Shown: positions 1 through 9,246 of the stretch, one piece after another
Layout of the letters: every line of letters starts with the position of its first letter
Numbering within the stretch: the stretch's first letter is position 1
Assembly (NCBI GenBank): GCA_944386595.1
Contig: CALXBQ010000046.1
Span: forward strand, 12,998-76,997
Reading direction: 5' to 3'
Origin: an uncultured Clostridia bacterium
GTDB taxonomy: Bacteria; Bacillota; Clostridia; Peptostreptococcales; Anaerovoracaceae
Length of the DNA: 64,000 nucleotides
Position numbers and translations under genes: made by a program
Notes under the pieces: generated by a model
Databases searched by the model: none
Told to the model about the DNA's origin: nothing
The model's input: the letters and a program-made list of their open reading frames with translations, nothing else

Positions 1-1240
1 ATAGGGAGCCGAAGATAACAACCGCGTCATCATCTTCCGACGCTTCCATGACCCGGCGTACGGCAGCGCCTATCGAGTCTGCCGCCTTTGCCCGGGGGTT
101 TACCTTTCTCACCGCATCAGCAAGCTTTTTTGCAGGAAGAGCCCTCGGATTTCCCGGAGTCTCGACGCACACAATCTCCTCAGCAAAAGGCGCGGTCAGC
201 TCTATTATCTTCTCATAGTCTTTGTCGGCAAACACCCCGAAAACGTACCTGACTTTCTTCCCTGCAAGGCACTGTTTTACGGATTCCGCCAAAGCCTTCG
301 CGCCTGCAGGATTGTGAGCGCCGTCCAGAATCACCGCAGGTTTTTGGTTTATAGCTGTAAACCTGTATGGCCATTTAGTGTTTACAAATCCTCTGTGAAT
401 CGCTTCATTGCTTATTTTATATCCCCGTTCTCTCAAAGCCATCAATACTTCCAGAGCCGTGCAGGCGTTTTCCATCTGATAGGTCCCGGCGAGGGATATT
501 TCAAACTCCTCTCCCCTGTACCTGAACCTCTGACCGTCAAGGCACGCGTTAATCCTCTCTATGGAATCCGTATCCACGGCAGTCAGATGACAGCCCTCCC
601 GGAGACATTTTTCTCTTATGACGTTCATGACCGCCTCGTCCTGAGGCGCCGTTACGACCCCTGCGCCGGGTTTTATAATTCCGGCCTTCTTCTCCGCAAT
701 CTCTGTCAGGGTATTCCCCAGAACCGATCCGTGATCCATGCTCACCGGAGTGATGACGCACACTTCGGCATTTTCTATTATGTTGGTAGCATCGTCACTT
801 CCTCCCAGGCCCGTCTCAAGCACCACGACGTCGCAGTTTTTCTTTTTGAAATATAAAAAGGCAAGGACCGTTTCCACTTCAAAAACCGTAGGCGTCCCTG
901 CTTTTTCTCTTTTCTGAGCATCGGCCGCCCGGGCAATCTGAGTCACAAGCTCTGCCAGGTCGGCTTTATCTATGGGGATTCCGTCTACCTGTATTTTCTC
1001 CTCGTAGGAGGAAACCACGGGTGAAATGTATCTTCCCACCCTGTAACCGGCTTCCATAAGCACCGACGAAACGTATGCCAGTACGGAGCCCTTGCCGTTG
1101 GTTCCGGCAATGTGGACGAATTTCAGCTGATTTTGGGGATTTCCCAGTCTTTCAGCCAGTTCCCTCATATTACTGAGACCAAGTACACTTCCGTATCCGG
1201 CGATTTCGTCCAGATATACTCTTGCTTCTTCGTAATTCAT
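1..1240 (-). CDS. folC: folylpolyglutamate synthase / dihydrofolate synthase; 3' end runs off the window start
   Basis: Own translation of the minus strand from ATG 1240..1238: MNYEEARVYLDEIAGYGS...FVHIAGTNGKGSVLAYV (Mur-ligase P-loop)...VILDGAHNPAGAKAL. Missing from the ORF track because no stop codon lies inside the window. Confidence 0.9.
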   Translation of the reverse strand, partial: MNYEEARVYLDEIAGYGSVLGLSNMRELAERLGNPQNQLKFVHIAGTNGKGSVLAYVSSVLMEAGYRVGRYISPVVSSYEEKIQVDGIPIDKADLAELVTQIARAADAQKREKAGTPTVFEVETVLAFLYFKKKNCDVVVLETGLGGSDDATNIIENAEVCVITPVSMDHGSVLGNTLTEIAEKKAGIIKPGAGVVTAPQDEAVMNVIREKCLREGCHLTAVDTDSIERINACLDGQRFRYRGEEFEISLAGTYQMENACTALEVLMALRERGYKISNEAIHRGFVNTKWPYRFTAINQKPAVILDGAHNPAGAKALAESVKQCLAGKKVRYVFGVFADKDYEKIIELTAPFAEEIVCVETPGNPRALPAKKLADAVRKVNPRAKAADSIGAAVRRVMEASEDDDAVVIFGSL

Positions 1241-1310
1241 TTTGCTCCCGTATTCTGTTTTTATGAGGGACAAAGGGCTCAAGACCTGCACTCTTTGTCC
1301 CCTGAATTCA

Positions 1311-2501
1311 TTAAGAAATATAGTTATCGAAATATCCCTGAACCAGTACCACCGGCGTTCCCTTGTCTCCGGAGCCGCTTGTAAGGTCGCAGAGGGAACC
1401 GATAAGGTCAGTAAGTCTTCTCGGAGTGGTTCCCTGAGAAGACATGTCTCCCGTAAGGTCGGATTTCTTTGACTTTATCTTCTCGGAAATGGCGTCTCTT
1501 AAAGCCTCTCCGGAAAGGTCCTTAAAGTCGTTGTCCGCAAGATACTTAAGCTTCAGCTCGTTAGGCGTTCCGTTAAGGCCTTCCGTTGCGGCAACTCCCA
1601 CTACAGGGTCTGCAAGCTCCCAAATCTTTCCCACAGGATCCTTGAACGCTCCGTCGCCGTAAATCATTACCTCGACGTGCTTTCCCGTCGCCTTCAGTAT
1701 CTTCTCCTGAATTTCGTGAACCACAGGGTCGCCGTTTTCAGGGAAGAGCTTTATGGTGTCCTCCGTGGCCTTGTTGGAGCCTAAGAGTCCGTATCTGCTG
1801 TTGTATCCGCTTCCGTCTACGGATTCGTTCATTATGTCGTCAAGACCGCATACCGCCTTTGCGCCTGCTGCCTTAAGTATTCTCTTGGTGCGCGCTCTGG
1901 TGTGAATGTCGCAGGTCAGAACGCTGTCTGCGTATTTCAGAATCTCCCTCGGATTGTTGGCAAAGATTATCTCACACTCCGCGCCTGCCTCCTCTACGAG
2001 GGACTTGTAGTACGCCACGTAGTCGATGCCGGTGAACGGGTGAAGGTTCTCGCCGAAGAGCTCTCTGTACTTTTCCAGGGTGAGAACGTCGGAATAAGGG
2101 TTTATCTCCTTTTCATCGAGCTGGTCTAAAGACACGAGCGCATTTCCCACCTCGTCGGAAGGATAGCTGAGCATGAGAACCACCTTCTCCGCTCCTCCGG
2201 CGATTCCCTTAAGGCAGATTGCGAATCTGTTTCTGGAAAGTATAGGGAATATGACGCCTATGGTCTTTCCGCCCAGCTTTTTCTTTACGTCCTTTGATAT
2301 GGCGGAAACAGGGGCGTAGTTTCCCTGAGCCCTTGCGACTACAGATTCGGTCACACATATGACGTCTCTGTCTCTTATTTCAAAGCCGTCGCACTCTGCG
2401 GCCTCAAGGACGCTCTTTACGACTATATCTGCAACGTTGTCCCCTTCTCTGAAAATGGGACATCTTATACCTCTGGATATTGTACCGGTTCTTCTCTCCA
2501 T
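1311..2501 (-). CDS. CofE/FbiB-like gamma-glutamyl ligase family protein (F420-0:L-glutamate ligase-like)
   Basis: 396-aa ORF with ATG at 2501. N-terminal PIFREGDNVADIVV...DRDVICVTESVVARAQG and later EVMIYGDGAFKDP resemble the CofE fold signature. Family call is from memory only. Confidence 0.5.
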   Translation of the reverse strand: MERRTGTISRGIRCPIFREGDNVADIVVKSVLEAAECDGFEIRDRDVICVTESVVARAQGNYAPVSAISKDVKKKLGGKTIGVIFPILSRNRFAICLKGIAGGAEKVVLMLSYPSDEVGNALVSLDQLDEKEINPYSDVLTLEKYRELFGENLHPFTGIDYVAYYKSLVEEAGAECEIIFANNPREILKYADSVLTCDIHTRARTKRILKAAGAKAVCGLDDIMNESVDGSGYNSRYGLLGSNKATEDTIKLFPENGDPVVHEIQEKILKATGKHVEVMIYGDGAFKDPVGKIWELADPVVGVAATEGLNGTPNELKLKYLADNDFKDLSGEALRDAISEKIKSKKSDLTGDMSSQGTTPRRLTDLIGSLCDLTSGSGDKGTPVVLVQGYFDNYIS

Positions 2502-2535
2502 TATTTTCTCCTACTCTCTTTTTAAATGAATCGCG

Positions 2536-3471
2536 CTAACCTCTCAAGAAACCCTCTATTATCTTCTTCTCAGCCTCTTCCTCAGTAAGTCCCAGAGTTC
2601 TCAGTTTCATTATCTGCTCGCCTGCCACCTTTCCGATAGCCGCCTCGTGAATGAGGGAGGCGTCAAGGTGTCCCGCGTAAAGCTCGGGAGCCGCATTGAC
2701 TCTGCCCTTTCCAACCAGTATGGCGTCGCACTCGGAGTGTCCGGTGCAGCGGTTGTTTCCCGCAATGCGGGAGTGGTAAGTCTGATAGGAATTATCCCTC
2801 GCAACGGATCTTGAGATAAGGTCTACGGCGCTGTCTTCGCCATTCATCTCAACGTCGAAATCCGTCTCGGCGTATTCCTCTCCGTCCGTCATTATGCTTT
2901 CGTGGATTACGAGTCTCGCCCTGTCCGCCAGCTTTCCGCTGGTCTTTCTGATGCTGCTGTCAACTCCGCTTATCTGAACGGTGTTCATCTCAAGACATGA
3001 ATCTTCGGCAAGTTCCACGTGGGTGACAGGGTCGATGCGCTTTTTGCCGGCATTGTCTCCCGTTCCAATGTGCTTTTCCTCGTATATAACGTGAGCGCCT
3101 TTTTCAAGGAAAAACCTGTGTATTCCGTGATGAAGAGCCTCCCCTTCGCCGTCTGTGTGAACGCCGCATCCTGCGATAATTCTCACGTCCGCGTCCTCGC
3201 CAACGTGAAAGTCGTTATACACCACGTCCTTAACGTTGCTTCTCGTCACGCAGGCCGGAATGTAGACCTTTTCGCTCTTCGTTCCCGGCGCAATGTAGAT
3301 GTCTATTCCAGTGCCGCCTTCCTTAGGCTCGATTTTTATGTGCTCCGTGGAATGTCTTCCTGCGCAGCCACCATCCTCTCTGATGTTATACGCCGCTCCG
3401 TCAAAATCTCCGCTGACCCAGTCCGTAACGGCTCTCAAAAGTTCCTCGGTGACCTTGTTCATCTCAGCCAT
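2536..3471 (-). CDS. SufB/SufD-family Fe-S cluster assembly protein
   Basis: ATG at 3471 is preceded by AGGAGG 8 nt upstream. C-terminal ...GHSECDAILVG...DASLIHEAAIGKVAGEQIMKLRTLGLTEEEA is typical of SufB/SufD. The 350-aa track ORF carries an N-terminal extension that overlaps sufC. Confidence 0.8.
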   Translation of the reverse strand: MAEMNKVTEELLRAVTDWVSGDFDGAAYNIREDGGCAGRHSTEHIKIEPKEGGTGIDIYIAPGTKSEKVYIPACVTRSNVKDVVYNDFHVGEDADVRIIAGCGVHTDGEGEALHHGIHRFFLEKGAHVIYEEKHIGTGDNAGKKRIDPVTHVELAEDSCLEMNTVQISGVDSSIRKTSGKLADRARLVIHESIMTDGEEYAETDFDVEMNGEDSAVDLISRSVARDNSYQTYHSRIAGNNRCTGHSECDAILVGKGRVNAAPELYAGHLDASLIHEAAIGKVAGEQIMKLRTLGLTEEEAEKKIIEGFLRG

Positions 3472-4207
3472 TACTTCTCGCCTCCTTTTCAAACTTCCCG
3501 ATAGGGCAACCGCCCGACTTCTCGTCGTGCATGAGCTCCGGAAGTATCTCTTTCGCAGGGCCTGAAATTCTAACCTTTCCGTCGGCAATGACGACGATTT
3601 CGTCAGCTATTTCAAGAAGCCTCTCCTGATGGGAAATAACGAGAAGGGCCTTGTCCTTCTCCTTCTTCAGTTCCTCAAAGGCTTCAATGAGTCCCGCAAA
3701 GCTCCAAAGATCTATTCCGGCTTCCGGCTCATCAAAGATGAGCAGCCTGCTGTCCTTCCTGCAGAGAACCGTTGCAATTTCAATTCTCTTTATCTCGCCT
3801 CCCGACAGGCTGGCGTTGACTTCCCTGTCTATGTAGTCCTTTGTACATAGTCCCACCTTGTTCATGACGGTGCAGACATCTTCATCGGGAATGGTTCCAC
3901 CTGCCGCAAGATCCAGAAGGTCCTTAACCGTAAGTCCCTTAAACCTAACCGGCTGCTGGAACGCATAGCTTATGCCCCTGTTCGCCCTTTCGGTAATATC
4001 AAGATTCGTTATATCTTCGCCTTCCAGCAGAATCTGTCCGCCGGTTGCCTGTCTCAGCCCGGAAATGACCTTGGCAAGGGAAGTCTTTCCTCCTCCGTTA
4101 GGTCCCGTAACGACGGTCAGCTTTCCGGTCTCGACCGTAAGGTCGATGCCCTTTAACACCTCGTCGCCGTCGTCAGGCTTCCACTTTACGTTTTTAAGTG
4201 TAAGCAT
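3464..4207 (-). CDS. sufC: Fe-S cluster assembly ATPase SufC
   Basis: Walker A GPNGGGKTS, ABC signature LSGGEIKR, Walker B LLIFDEPEAGID. ATG at 4207 follows GGAGG. Confidence 0.85.
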   Translation of the reverse strand: MLTLKNVKWKPDDGDEVLKGIDLTVETGKLTVVTGPNGGGKTSLAKVISGLRQATGGQILLEGEDITNLDITERANRGISYAFQQPVRFKGLTVKDLLDLAAGGTIPDEDVCTVMNKVGLCTKDYIDREVNASLSGGEIKRIEIATVLCRKDSRLLIFDEPEAGIDLWSFAGLIEAFEELKKEKDKALLVISHQERLLEIADEIVVIADGKVRISGPAKEILPELMHDEKSGGCPIGKFEKEARSNG

Positions 4208-4459
4208 CAGCTTTCCTCCTCTATGTCGACGCCGCATTCATGCCGATGCGGCCTGTTTACTCCAACAAGTTATTATACCCTAAAACACGTGTCTCTAACA
4301 AGTACTAAATTCGGACAAAGGGTGGGGTGGCGGCTTTACGGTGGGCGCAAAGGCCGTGCCACCTTTACAAAAATTTTACCTTTATTTAATGAAAACGCGA
4401 TAGTCCGCCCCGGCCCAAAGTCCCATAATATAGACAGAAGTTGCAGGGAGGTAACGGAC

Positions 4460-4597
4460 ATGATGAGCATTCTTGATTATTTTGACTATCTGAACAATAT
4501 AGTAGTCTGGTCGGTGGTTGCGGTTTTTGCTGCGGCGGGCCTTATCTGCGACTGGGTCAAGGCCAGAAAAACGCGGCAAACAAATAAGGAAGGCTGA
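4460..4597 (+). CDS. small (45 aa) single-TM membrane peptide, hypothetical
   Basis: AGGGAGG lies 7 nt upstream of ATGATG. Product is MMSILDYFDYLNNIVVWSVVAVFAAAGLICDWVKARKTRQTNKEG, with one hydrophobic helix and a basic tail. It is the 3' part of track ORF 4223..4597. Confidence 0.35.
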   Translation: MMSILDYFDYLNNIVVWSVVAVFAAAGLICDWVKARKTRQTNKEG

Positions 4598-4750
4598 TTT
4601 TTTAACCTAACCTTCCCTTTCATTCTTTCTTTTCAGCCTCCACCTTTTTCCGGTGCTTTCGCGGCAATCTTCCTAGCTGCGGAGGCGCTTTTTATTTTTT
4701 GTCTTAACTTTCCCGGCGCGCACCCTTTGTCTGAGCTCCCCGCGGCAGAA

Positions 4751-5239
4751 TTAAATCTGTCTGAAAATCGTACTCTTATGCCTTTCCAGAACGGCCGCAA
4801 GCATTAGCCCTAAAACACCGACGGATACGACTTCGCCTATTCCCACGGTGCACATCATAAACGGGATTGAGAAAGGCTCGCCGTAGGCGTACTTCAGCAC
4901 AAAAGGCACGATGGCCGCGTTGGAGATTATCGGCGGCAGCACCGCGATTATGCGGTTTTTCTCCCTGAGCCTGTACGTGAGCACTGCTCCGATGAGGGTC
5001 GCTGCGGTTCCGCAGATAACGTCCGGCAGTATGGCGCCGCCCAGGATATTTGCGATAAAGCATCCCAGAGCCACTCCCGGCACCGCAGCCGGCGTAAAAA
5101 TCGGCAGCACGCACAGCATTTCCGAAATTCTCACCTGAACCGGGCCAAAACCGAGGGGCCTCAAAATCACCGTCACTACGACGTAGATGGCCGCAATCAG
5201 CGCAGCCTGAGTCATGTAGACTACTTTCCTGTTTTTCAT
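4751..5239 (-). CDS. queT: queuosine-precursor transporter QueT family
   Basis: 162-aa polytopic membrane protein (MTQAALIAAIYVVVTVILRPLGFGPVQVRISEML...). A preQ1-I-like leader lies directly upstream. Confidence 0.8.
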   Translation of the reverse strand: MKNRKVVYMTQAALIAAIYVVVTVILRPLGFGPVQVRISEMLCVLPIFTPAAVPGVALGCFIANILGGAILPDVICGTAATLIGAVLTYRLREKNRIIAVLPPIISNAAIVPFVLKYAYGEPFSIPFMMCTVGIGEVVSVGVLGLMLAAVLERHKSTIFRQI

Positions 5240-5250
5240 TTTTCATTTCT

Positions 5251-5296
5251 CCTTTAGTTTTGTTTTACGTGAGGAAGGTCTCGAACTCACGATTTT
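5251..5296 (-). promoter_or_regulatory. preQ1-I-like riboswitch (translational, sequesters the SD)
   Basis: Minus-strand RNA reads CGUGAG-UUCGAGACCUUC-CUCACG-UAAAACAAAACUAAAGGAG. It has a 6-bp P1, a 12-nt loop and an A-rich tail. Loop CCUU can pair with tail AAGG, which is part of the queT SD. The layout resembles the T. tengcongensis and B. subtilis preQ1-I aptamers. Confidence 0.6.
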
Positions 5297-5455
5297 CTGC
5301 CGTCAAAAAGCCGGCCTGACTATTTTAGCAGAATACGGCCGCAGGCGCAAGGGGAGTTGTAAATCGTATTAAAATACCGCACACCATTATATATTGGAAT
5401 ATCCAGGTATGCGGCATACTTGTAAACTTTATTTTTTGATTTGGTTTACATAGAT

Positions 5456-7303
5456 TTAGGCAGCATTTGCAGCGTTATATATCTTCTGAACAGTCTCTGC
5501 AGACACTGCGTTAACACCGCCGATAACGGTCATATCGTACTTCTTTTCCTTTATGATTTTCGAAGCCGCATCAGTATCGTTGACGTTCACCAGAAGCAGC
5601 GGGCATCCGGTATGTGCCGCAAGTGCTCCGCCTGTGAGGGCGTCAGCATAATTGAGGCCGTAAGCTATGTACGCGGTCTTGCCGGCTTTGTTCTCGAAGA
5701 ACTTATCTACAACCATTTCATTGGTTTCATATCTGGTTTCGCCTGCAAGGCGTACAACGTCTGCACTGGCGCCTGTGGTAGTGTCCTCTACGTAATCAAG
5801 ACTTCTGAGATCGCTCTCAACACCTGCACTTACAGCCGTCGTTCCTCCGATTACATAGTACATGTCGTTAACAGATTTTATGCTCTTAAGATATTCGTCC
5901 TGTTCTGCGGTCAATGCGCTTCCTACCAGCAGAACCGGCATTCCGGTAGCGGATACGGAAAGAGCGTCAGGATAATTAAGCCCTGCGCATACGGCAATAT
6001 CCTTTAAATGATTTTCCCCGTTTTCCTTATCGATTTCAGCAATCTGCTTCAGAATCGCAATATTGGTGTCGTATCTGGTTTCTCCTCCAAGTCTTACCTC
6101 GTCGAATTTTTCCACAGCCTTCTCAAAGTCTGCGGACACCGCACTGGTTCCGCCGAGGATGTATACCTTTCCCTGGTAATCCATATGCTTGTTTATGTAT
6201 TCTACAACCATGTCCTCGGTTTCACCGTTTACAAGGAGTATAGGCGCATTCTCAACGTATGCGAGAGCGGTTCCGGAGAGAGCATCCGCAAAATCAGTTC
6301 CATCGGCAACGAGAACGGCGTTGAATCTCTTTCCGCTGAGAGTGTTTCTGAGTTTCTCTGCAACATTGATAGCAGTTTCATATCTGGTAGCGCCGGAAAT
6401 TCTTTCAGCCACTGCAAGAGGCGCATTTCCGCTGCCCCAGGACACAGTACCGAAGATTCCTGATCCGTCTTTGTAAGTAACCGTAACACCTATGACTGCG
6501 CCTTTTGTCTTATCGCTGTCTTCGATTTTGCAGGAAAGTCCGGTTCCGATAGTCTCGGTTTTTCCGTTCTTATCTGCGGTCCATCTTACGTTCACGTAGT
6601 TATTGAGATCAAAATCTTCAGCGGAAAGCACGGTGTTGTAATCCAGTGTTATGCTGTCAATCTTATAGGTTTCGCCGGCAACAGGCTGGGTTGCAGCTTC
6701 TCCCTCACTGTCCACAACCCGGACACTTTTAATGTTCTCAGGATAGTCAACGTACATTATGTGCTTATGGGCAGAGGCCTGGGCATGCAGGCTGATTACG
6801 CCCGTCACGTTCTCCGGAAATCCTTCGGCCGTCATGGTTCCTACCGTTGTCGAAGCCTTTCCGTACTGCTGAACCTCAACGGTCACGCCGTCCTTATCCA
6901 CGGTCCAGTCAAAAGCGCAGATTCCCGAAAGTCCCACAGCCTTCTCACCGGTTCCGCCCAGCTGAGCCTCATACACGGCAGGATCAGCATTAGCGGCACT
7001 GGTCTTCTTCAAAACGAGCTCAAGAGATTTGTCCTGAGAGTAGTTCAGGCTGAAAGTAAGGGTGTTGCCCACTCCGTAGGACTTACAGTTATTCAGGTCC
7101 ACGACGGTGCTGAAGCTGATTCCGTCTTCAATGTCGCCCTTAACCTTTTCGGTAGTTATGCCTTTATCGTCAACAACCACCACGTTAGGGTTCTCATTTT
7201 CGACCTGAGTCGTTTCACCCCAGCCGCTTACAGCAAACACAGGTACGGCACTCGTAACGAGCATGACTGCCGTAACCGCAAAAGCCACGATTTTCTTTTT
7301 CAT
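5456..7303 (-). CDS. secreted cell-wall/S-layer-type protein, variable N-terminal domains + 3x CWB2 anchor (paralog 1)
   Basis: Signal peptide MKKKIVAFAVTAVMLVTSAVPVFA. The C-terminal third has three ~95-aa repeats, each RxSGxTRYETA...ADGTDFADALSG...APILLV (cell wall binding repeat 2 type). Confidence 0.9.
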   Translation of the reverse strand: MKKKIVAFAVTAVMLVTSAVPVFAVSGWGETTQVENENPNVVVVDDKGITTEKVKGDIEDGISFSTVVDLNNCKSYGVGNTLTFSLNYSQDKSLELVLKKTSAANADPAVYEAQLGGTGEKAVGLSGICAFDWTVDKDGVTVEVQQYGKASTTVGTMTAEGFPENVTGVISLHAQASAHKHIMYVDYPENIKSVRVVDSEGEAATQPVAGETYKIDSITLDYNTVLSAEDFDLNNYVNVRWTADKNGKTETIGTGLSCKIEDSDKTKGAVIGVTVTYKDGSGIFGTVSWGSGNAPLAVAERISGATRYETAINVAEKLRNTLSGKRFNAVLVADGTDFADALSGTALAYVENAPILLVNGETEDMVVEYINKHMDYQGKVYILGGTSAVSADFEKAVEKFDEVRLGGETRYDTNIAILKQIAEIDKENGENHLKDIAVCAGLNYPDALSVSATGMPVLLVGSALTAEQDEYLKSIKSVNDMYYVIGGTTAVSAGVESDLRSLDYVEDTTTGASADVVRLAGETRYETNEMVVDKFFENKAGKTAYIAYGLNYADALTGGALAAHTGCPLLLVNVNDTDAASKIIKEKKYDMTVIGGVNAVSAETVQKIYNAANAA

Positions 7304-7382
7304 TAAATAAATTCCTCCTTTTTCCCTTTCACATCAAAGTGTGAAAAGCGTTCTGTCAAAAACAAAACCGTTCGTATAGAAG

Positions 7383-7411
7383 AGAGTACCACGGACGCAG
7401 AGAAAATTCAA
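7383..7411 (-). promoter_or_regulatory. candidate sigma-A promoter of paralog 1 (TTGAAT-17-TGGTACTCT)
   Basis: Minus strand reads TTGAAT, a 17-nt spacer, then TACTCT preceded by TGG (extended -10). It lies about 80 nt upstream of ATG 7303. There is no homopolymer in the spacer. Confidence 0.4.
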
Positions 7412-7433
7412 GAGGGAAATCATTCATATCTCA

Positions 7434-7961
7434 TCAATTGGATTTCGCCTCAAGATATTCCGTAAACGAATTAGCACCTAGCTTTCTACGTTTAGACAAC
7501 ATTCTGCTCCATATAACATTCCCCTGAGATTCACTTATTATATTCCGTCTATATGCTTCCACCATAATGTCTCCAGTAGTAAAATGCCCTAACCCGTACT
7601 CTTCGATAAATACATTAATATCTCTCAGATTATTACTTGCAACCGCTCCTCCGTATGTCTTTGCAAGGGCTATGGATGCCGCCTCGCCCTTTCCTATTAT
7701 TCTATGCCCCGGAGTCGGCTCTTCTGTCAGCTGATAAAAAACGGTGTATTCTTCAGTTCCGATTTCAATATTCCTTAATATGACCTGCCCGGTTCTCAAA
7801 AGAACGTCTGTGGCGTTTCTCAGATGCGGGACGCTGGGTCGGCTCAACTCTACATATACAGGTTCCGGTATAACAATTCTGTTCGGATACAGTTTAGTAA
7901 GCATACCTTCTTCTCCAACCCATAAAAACGCCGACAGACAATCGGTGTCAAAATACAGCAT
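7434..7961 (-). CDS. PIN-like nuclease domain protein (toxin-like third gene of the XRE/ImmA module)
   Basis: MLYFDTDCLSAF... (N-terminal acidic D), GKGEAASIALA and SNNLRD motifs are typical of PIN-like domains (DUF4411/DUF3368-like). ATG 7961 starts 1 nt after the ImmA stop. The track ORF start at 8024 would overlap ImmA by 62 nt; ATG 7994 is an alternative. Confidence 0.65.
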   Translation of the reverse strand: MLYFDTDCLSAFLWVGEEGMLTKLYPNRIVIPEPVYVELSRPSVPHLRNATDVLLRTGQVILRNIEIGTEEYTVFYQLTEEPTPGHRIIGKGEAASIALAKTYGGAVASNNLRDINVFIEEYGLGHFTTGDIMVEAYRRNIISESQGNVIWSRMLSKRRKLGANSFTEYLEAKSN

Positions 7962-7962
7962 A

Positions 7963-8718
7963 TCAATCAATGACAGCTCCCCCTTCTGATTCATCTCCAA
8001 AGACAATATCGTCTCTAAAAGCATCCAGCAGCAGTTCTTCGTATTTTCCCTCTGAAATGATATCAGATTTAAATAACTTCTCCGCCTGGCTTACATAATG
8101 TCCCAATACCTTTACATTCTCACCCTGAGGTGAAGGCTTATACAGTGAAACGTTCATTCCCATTTTCGCAGTTCTGCTTATTATACCTGCCTGAATCACT
8201 TCTACATCTGCAGGTGTAATTTCTCCATCATCCTTTAAACGAACCAGCATCGCCTGATGACTTATACCGAAGTACTGCTCCAATCTGATAATCTCCTCCG
8301 GAGTGATTTTCCGTTCTTCACCTGCTTTAATGCTCTGTATTTCCTCGTACAGTGCCGCCTGCGGCATCAGCAGATATGAAGCAAACTGATCCGCTTTCTT
8401 CTCATTCTCATTTCCGGTGCCGATTTTCGATGAGCACACTGTTGATTTAACGCCGTCGTCAAAATAGTAATGATACAGTTCATGAGCTAGGGTATATCGC
8501 TGTCTTCCCACCGATTTAGCCGAATTCACTACTATAATCGCCGATGCCTCACCCCTGAAGCAGGCTCCACTTATACTTTCTCCTAACGGATAAAAGATTA
8601 AAGTCAACGAGTCAATCATCTGAACCAATGCAAAAATGTCGATTGGCGAAAGCTCATTCTCACCCAGTTTTCGCCTTATGTATACCGCCTTATTATTCAG
8701 TTCTGTTTTATTTATCAT
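7963..8718 (-). CDS. ImmA/IrrE-family zinc metallopeptidase (COG2856)
   Basis: HEXXH motif in TLAHELYHYYFDDG. Overlaps the upstream XRE gene by 11 nt, the usual XRE-ImmA arrangement. Confidence 0.85.
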   Translation of the reverse strand: MINKTELNNKAVYIRRKLGENELSPIDIFALVQMIDSLTLIFYPLGESISGACFRGEASAIIVVNSAKSVGRQRYTLAHELYHYYFDDGVKSTVCSSKIGTGNENEKKADQFASYLLMPQAALYEEIQSIKAGEERKITPEEIIRLEQYFGISHQAMLVRLKDDGEITPADVEVIQAGIISRTAKMGMNVSLYKPSPQGENVKVLGHYVSQAEKLFKSDIISEGKYEELLLDAFRDDIVFGDESEGGAVID

Positions 8719-9061
8719 TTTTCACGTCCTCATAAAGTTTATCCATTTTAAACTGATTCAGTGCAATCTTATTTATTACAGCCAAGGATGATAAATCGTC
8801 ACGTTTAAAATCCGATGTTCTGAAAGCAATCGAATATGTAGGTGTAATTTTTTCACCTGATATAATACTGGAAACAGGGCAGCAAAAGAGTGTAGCCAAC
8901 TGCTCCAGTGCGCTTGAAGTTATCGTTCTTTCTCCCTTTTCGAACTTTGAAATCAGGCTCTGGTCTACCGATAAATAATCTGCAACCTGCTTCTGTGTAA
9001 GTCCAGATTTCTCACGCAAGTTCTTCATTTTTTCACCGATCTCATATATATCTGCGTTCAT
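8708..9061 (-). CDS. XRE-family helix-turn-helix transcriptional regulator
   Basis: LREKSGLTQKQVADYLSVDQSLISKFEKGERTITSSALEQLATLF is a canonical Cro/CI-type HTH. GAGGAGG precedes ATG 9061. Confidence 0.9.
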   Translation of the reverse strand: MNADIYEIGEKMKNLREKSGLTQKQVADYLSVDQSLISKFEKGERTITSSALEQLATLFCCPVSSIISGEKITPTYSIAFRTSDFKRDDLSSLAVINKIALNQFKMDKLYEDVKNDK

Positions 9062-9097
9062 TTCATTTCGTCCTCCTCAATTACATTATACGCATTT

Positions 9098-9139
9098 TTG
9101 TCATATTGTAAATATATTTTTATATTAACAATATGACAA
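9098..9139. promoter_or_regulatory. operator: perfect 12-bp inverted repeat overlapping the XRE promoter
   Basis: TTGTCATATTGT (9098-9109), an 18-nt spacer, then ACAATATGACAA (9128-9139). On the minus strand TTTACA-16-TATAAT follows or overlaps the right arm, and GAGGAGG precedes the XRE start. Confidence 0.6.
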
Positions 9140-9246
9140 GGCCGGTAGTGCACACCTCTATCCGGGTGAGGCAAATCGCCTTATAAAAATAAATAATTCC
9201 TATCATTGAATCCCGTATTTCATCAATGTGAAAATTTCTTAGGATA

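Noticed and set aside
2536-3588. N-terminal extensions of track ORFs: 2536..3588, 3464..4237, 52408..53547, 38054..39031, 42623..43468, 37345..38160, 63108..63965, 29017..29946 and 7434..8024.
   Set aside because: The extensions overlap the upstream gene or have no RBS. Internal ATG or TTG codons with good SD spacing give proteins of the family-typical length. The ORF track also uses TTG/GTG as M, for example at 51236, 58995, 63114 and 29017.
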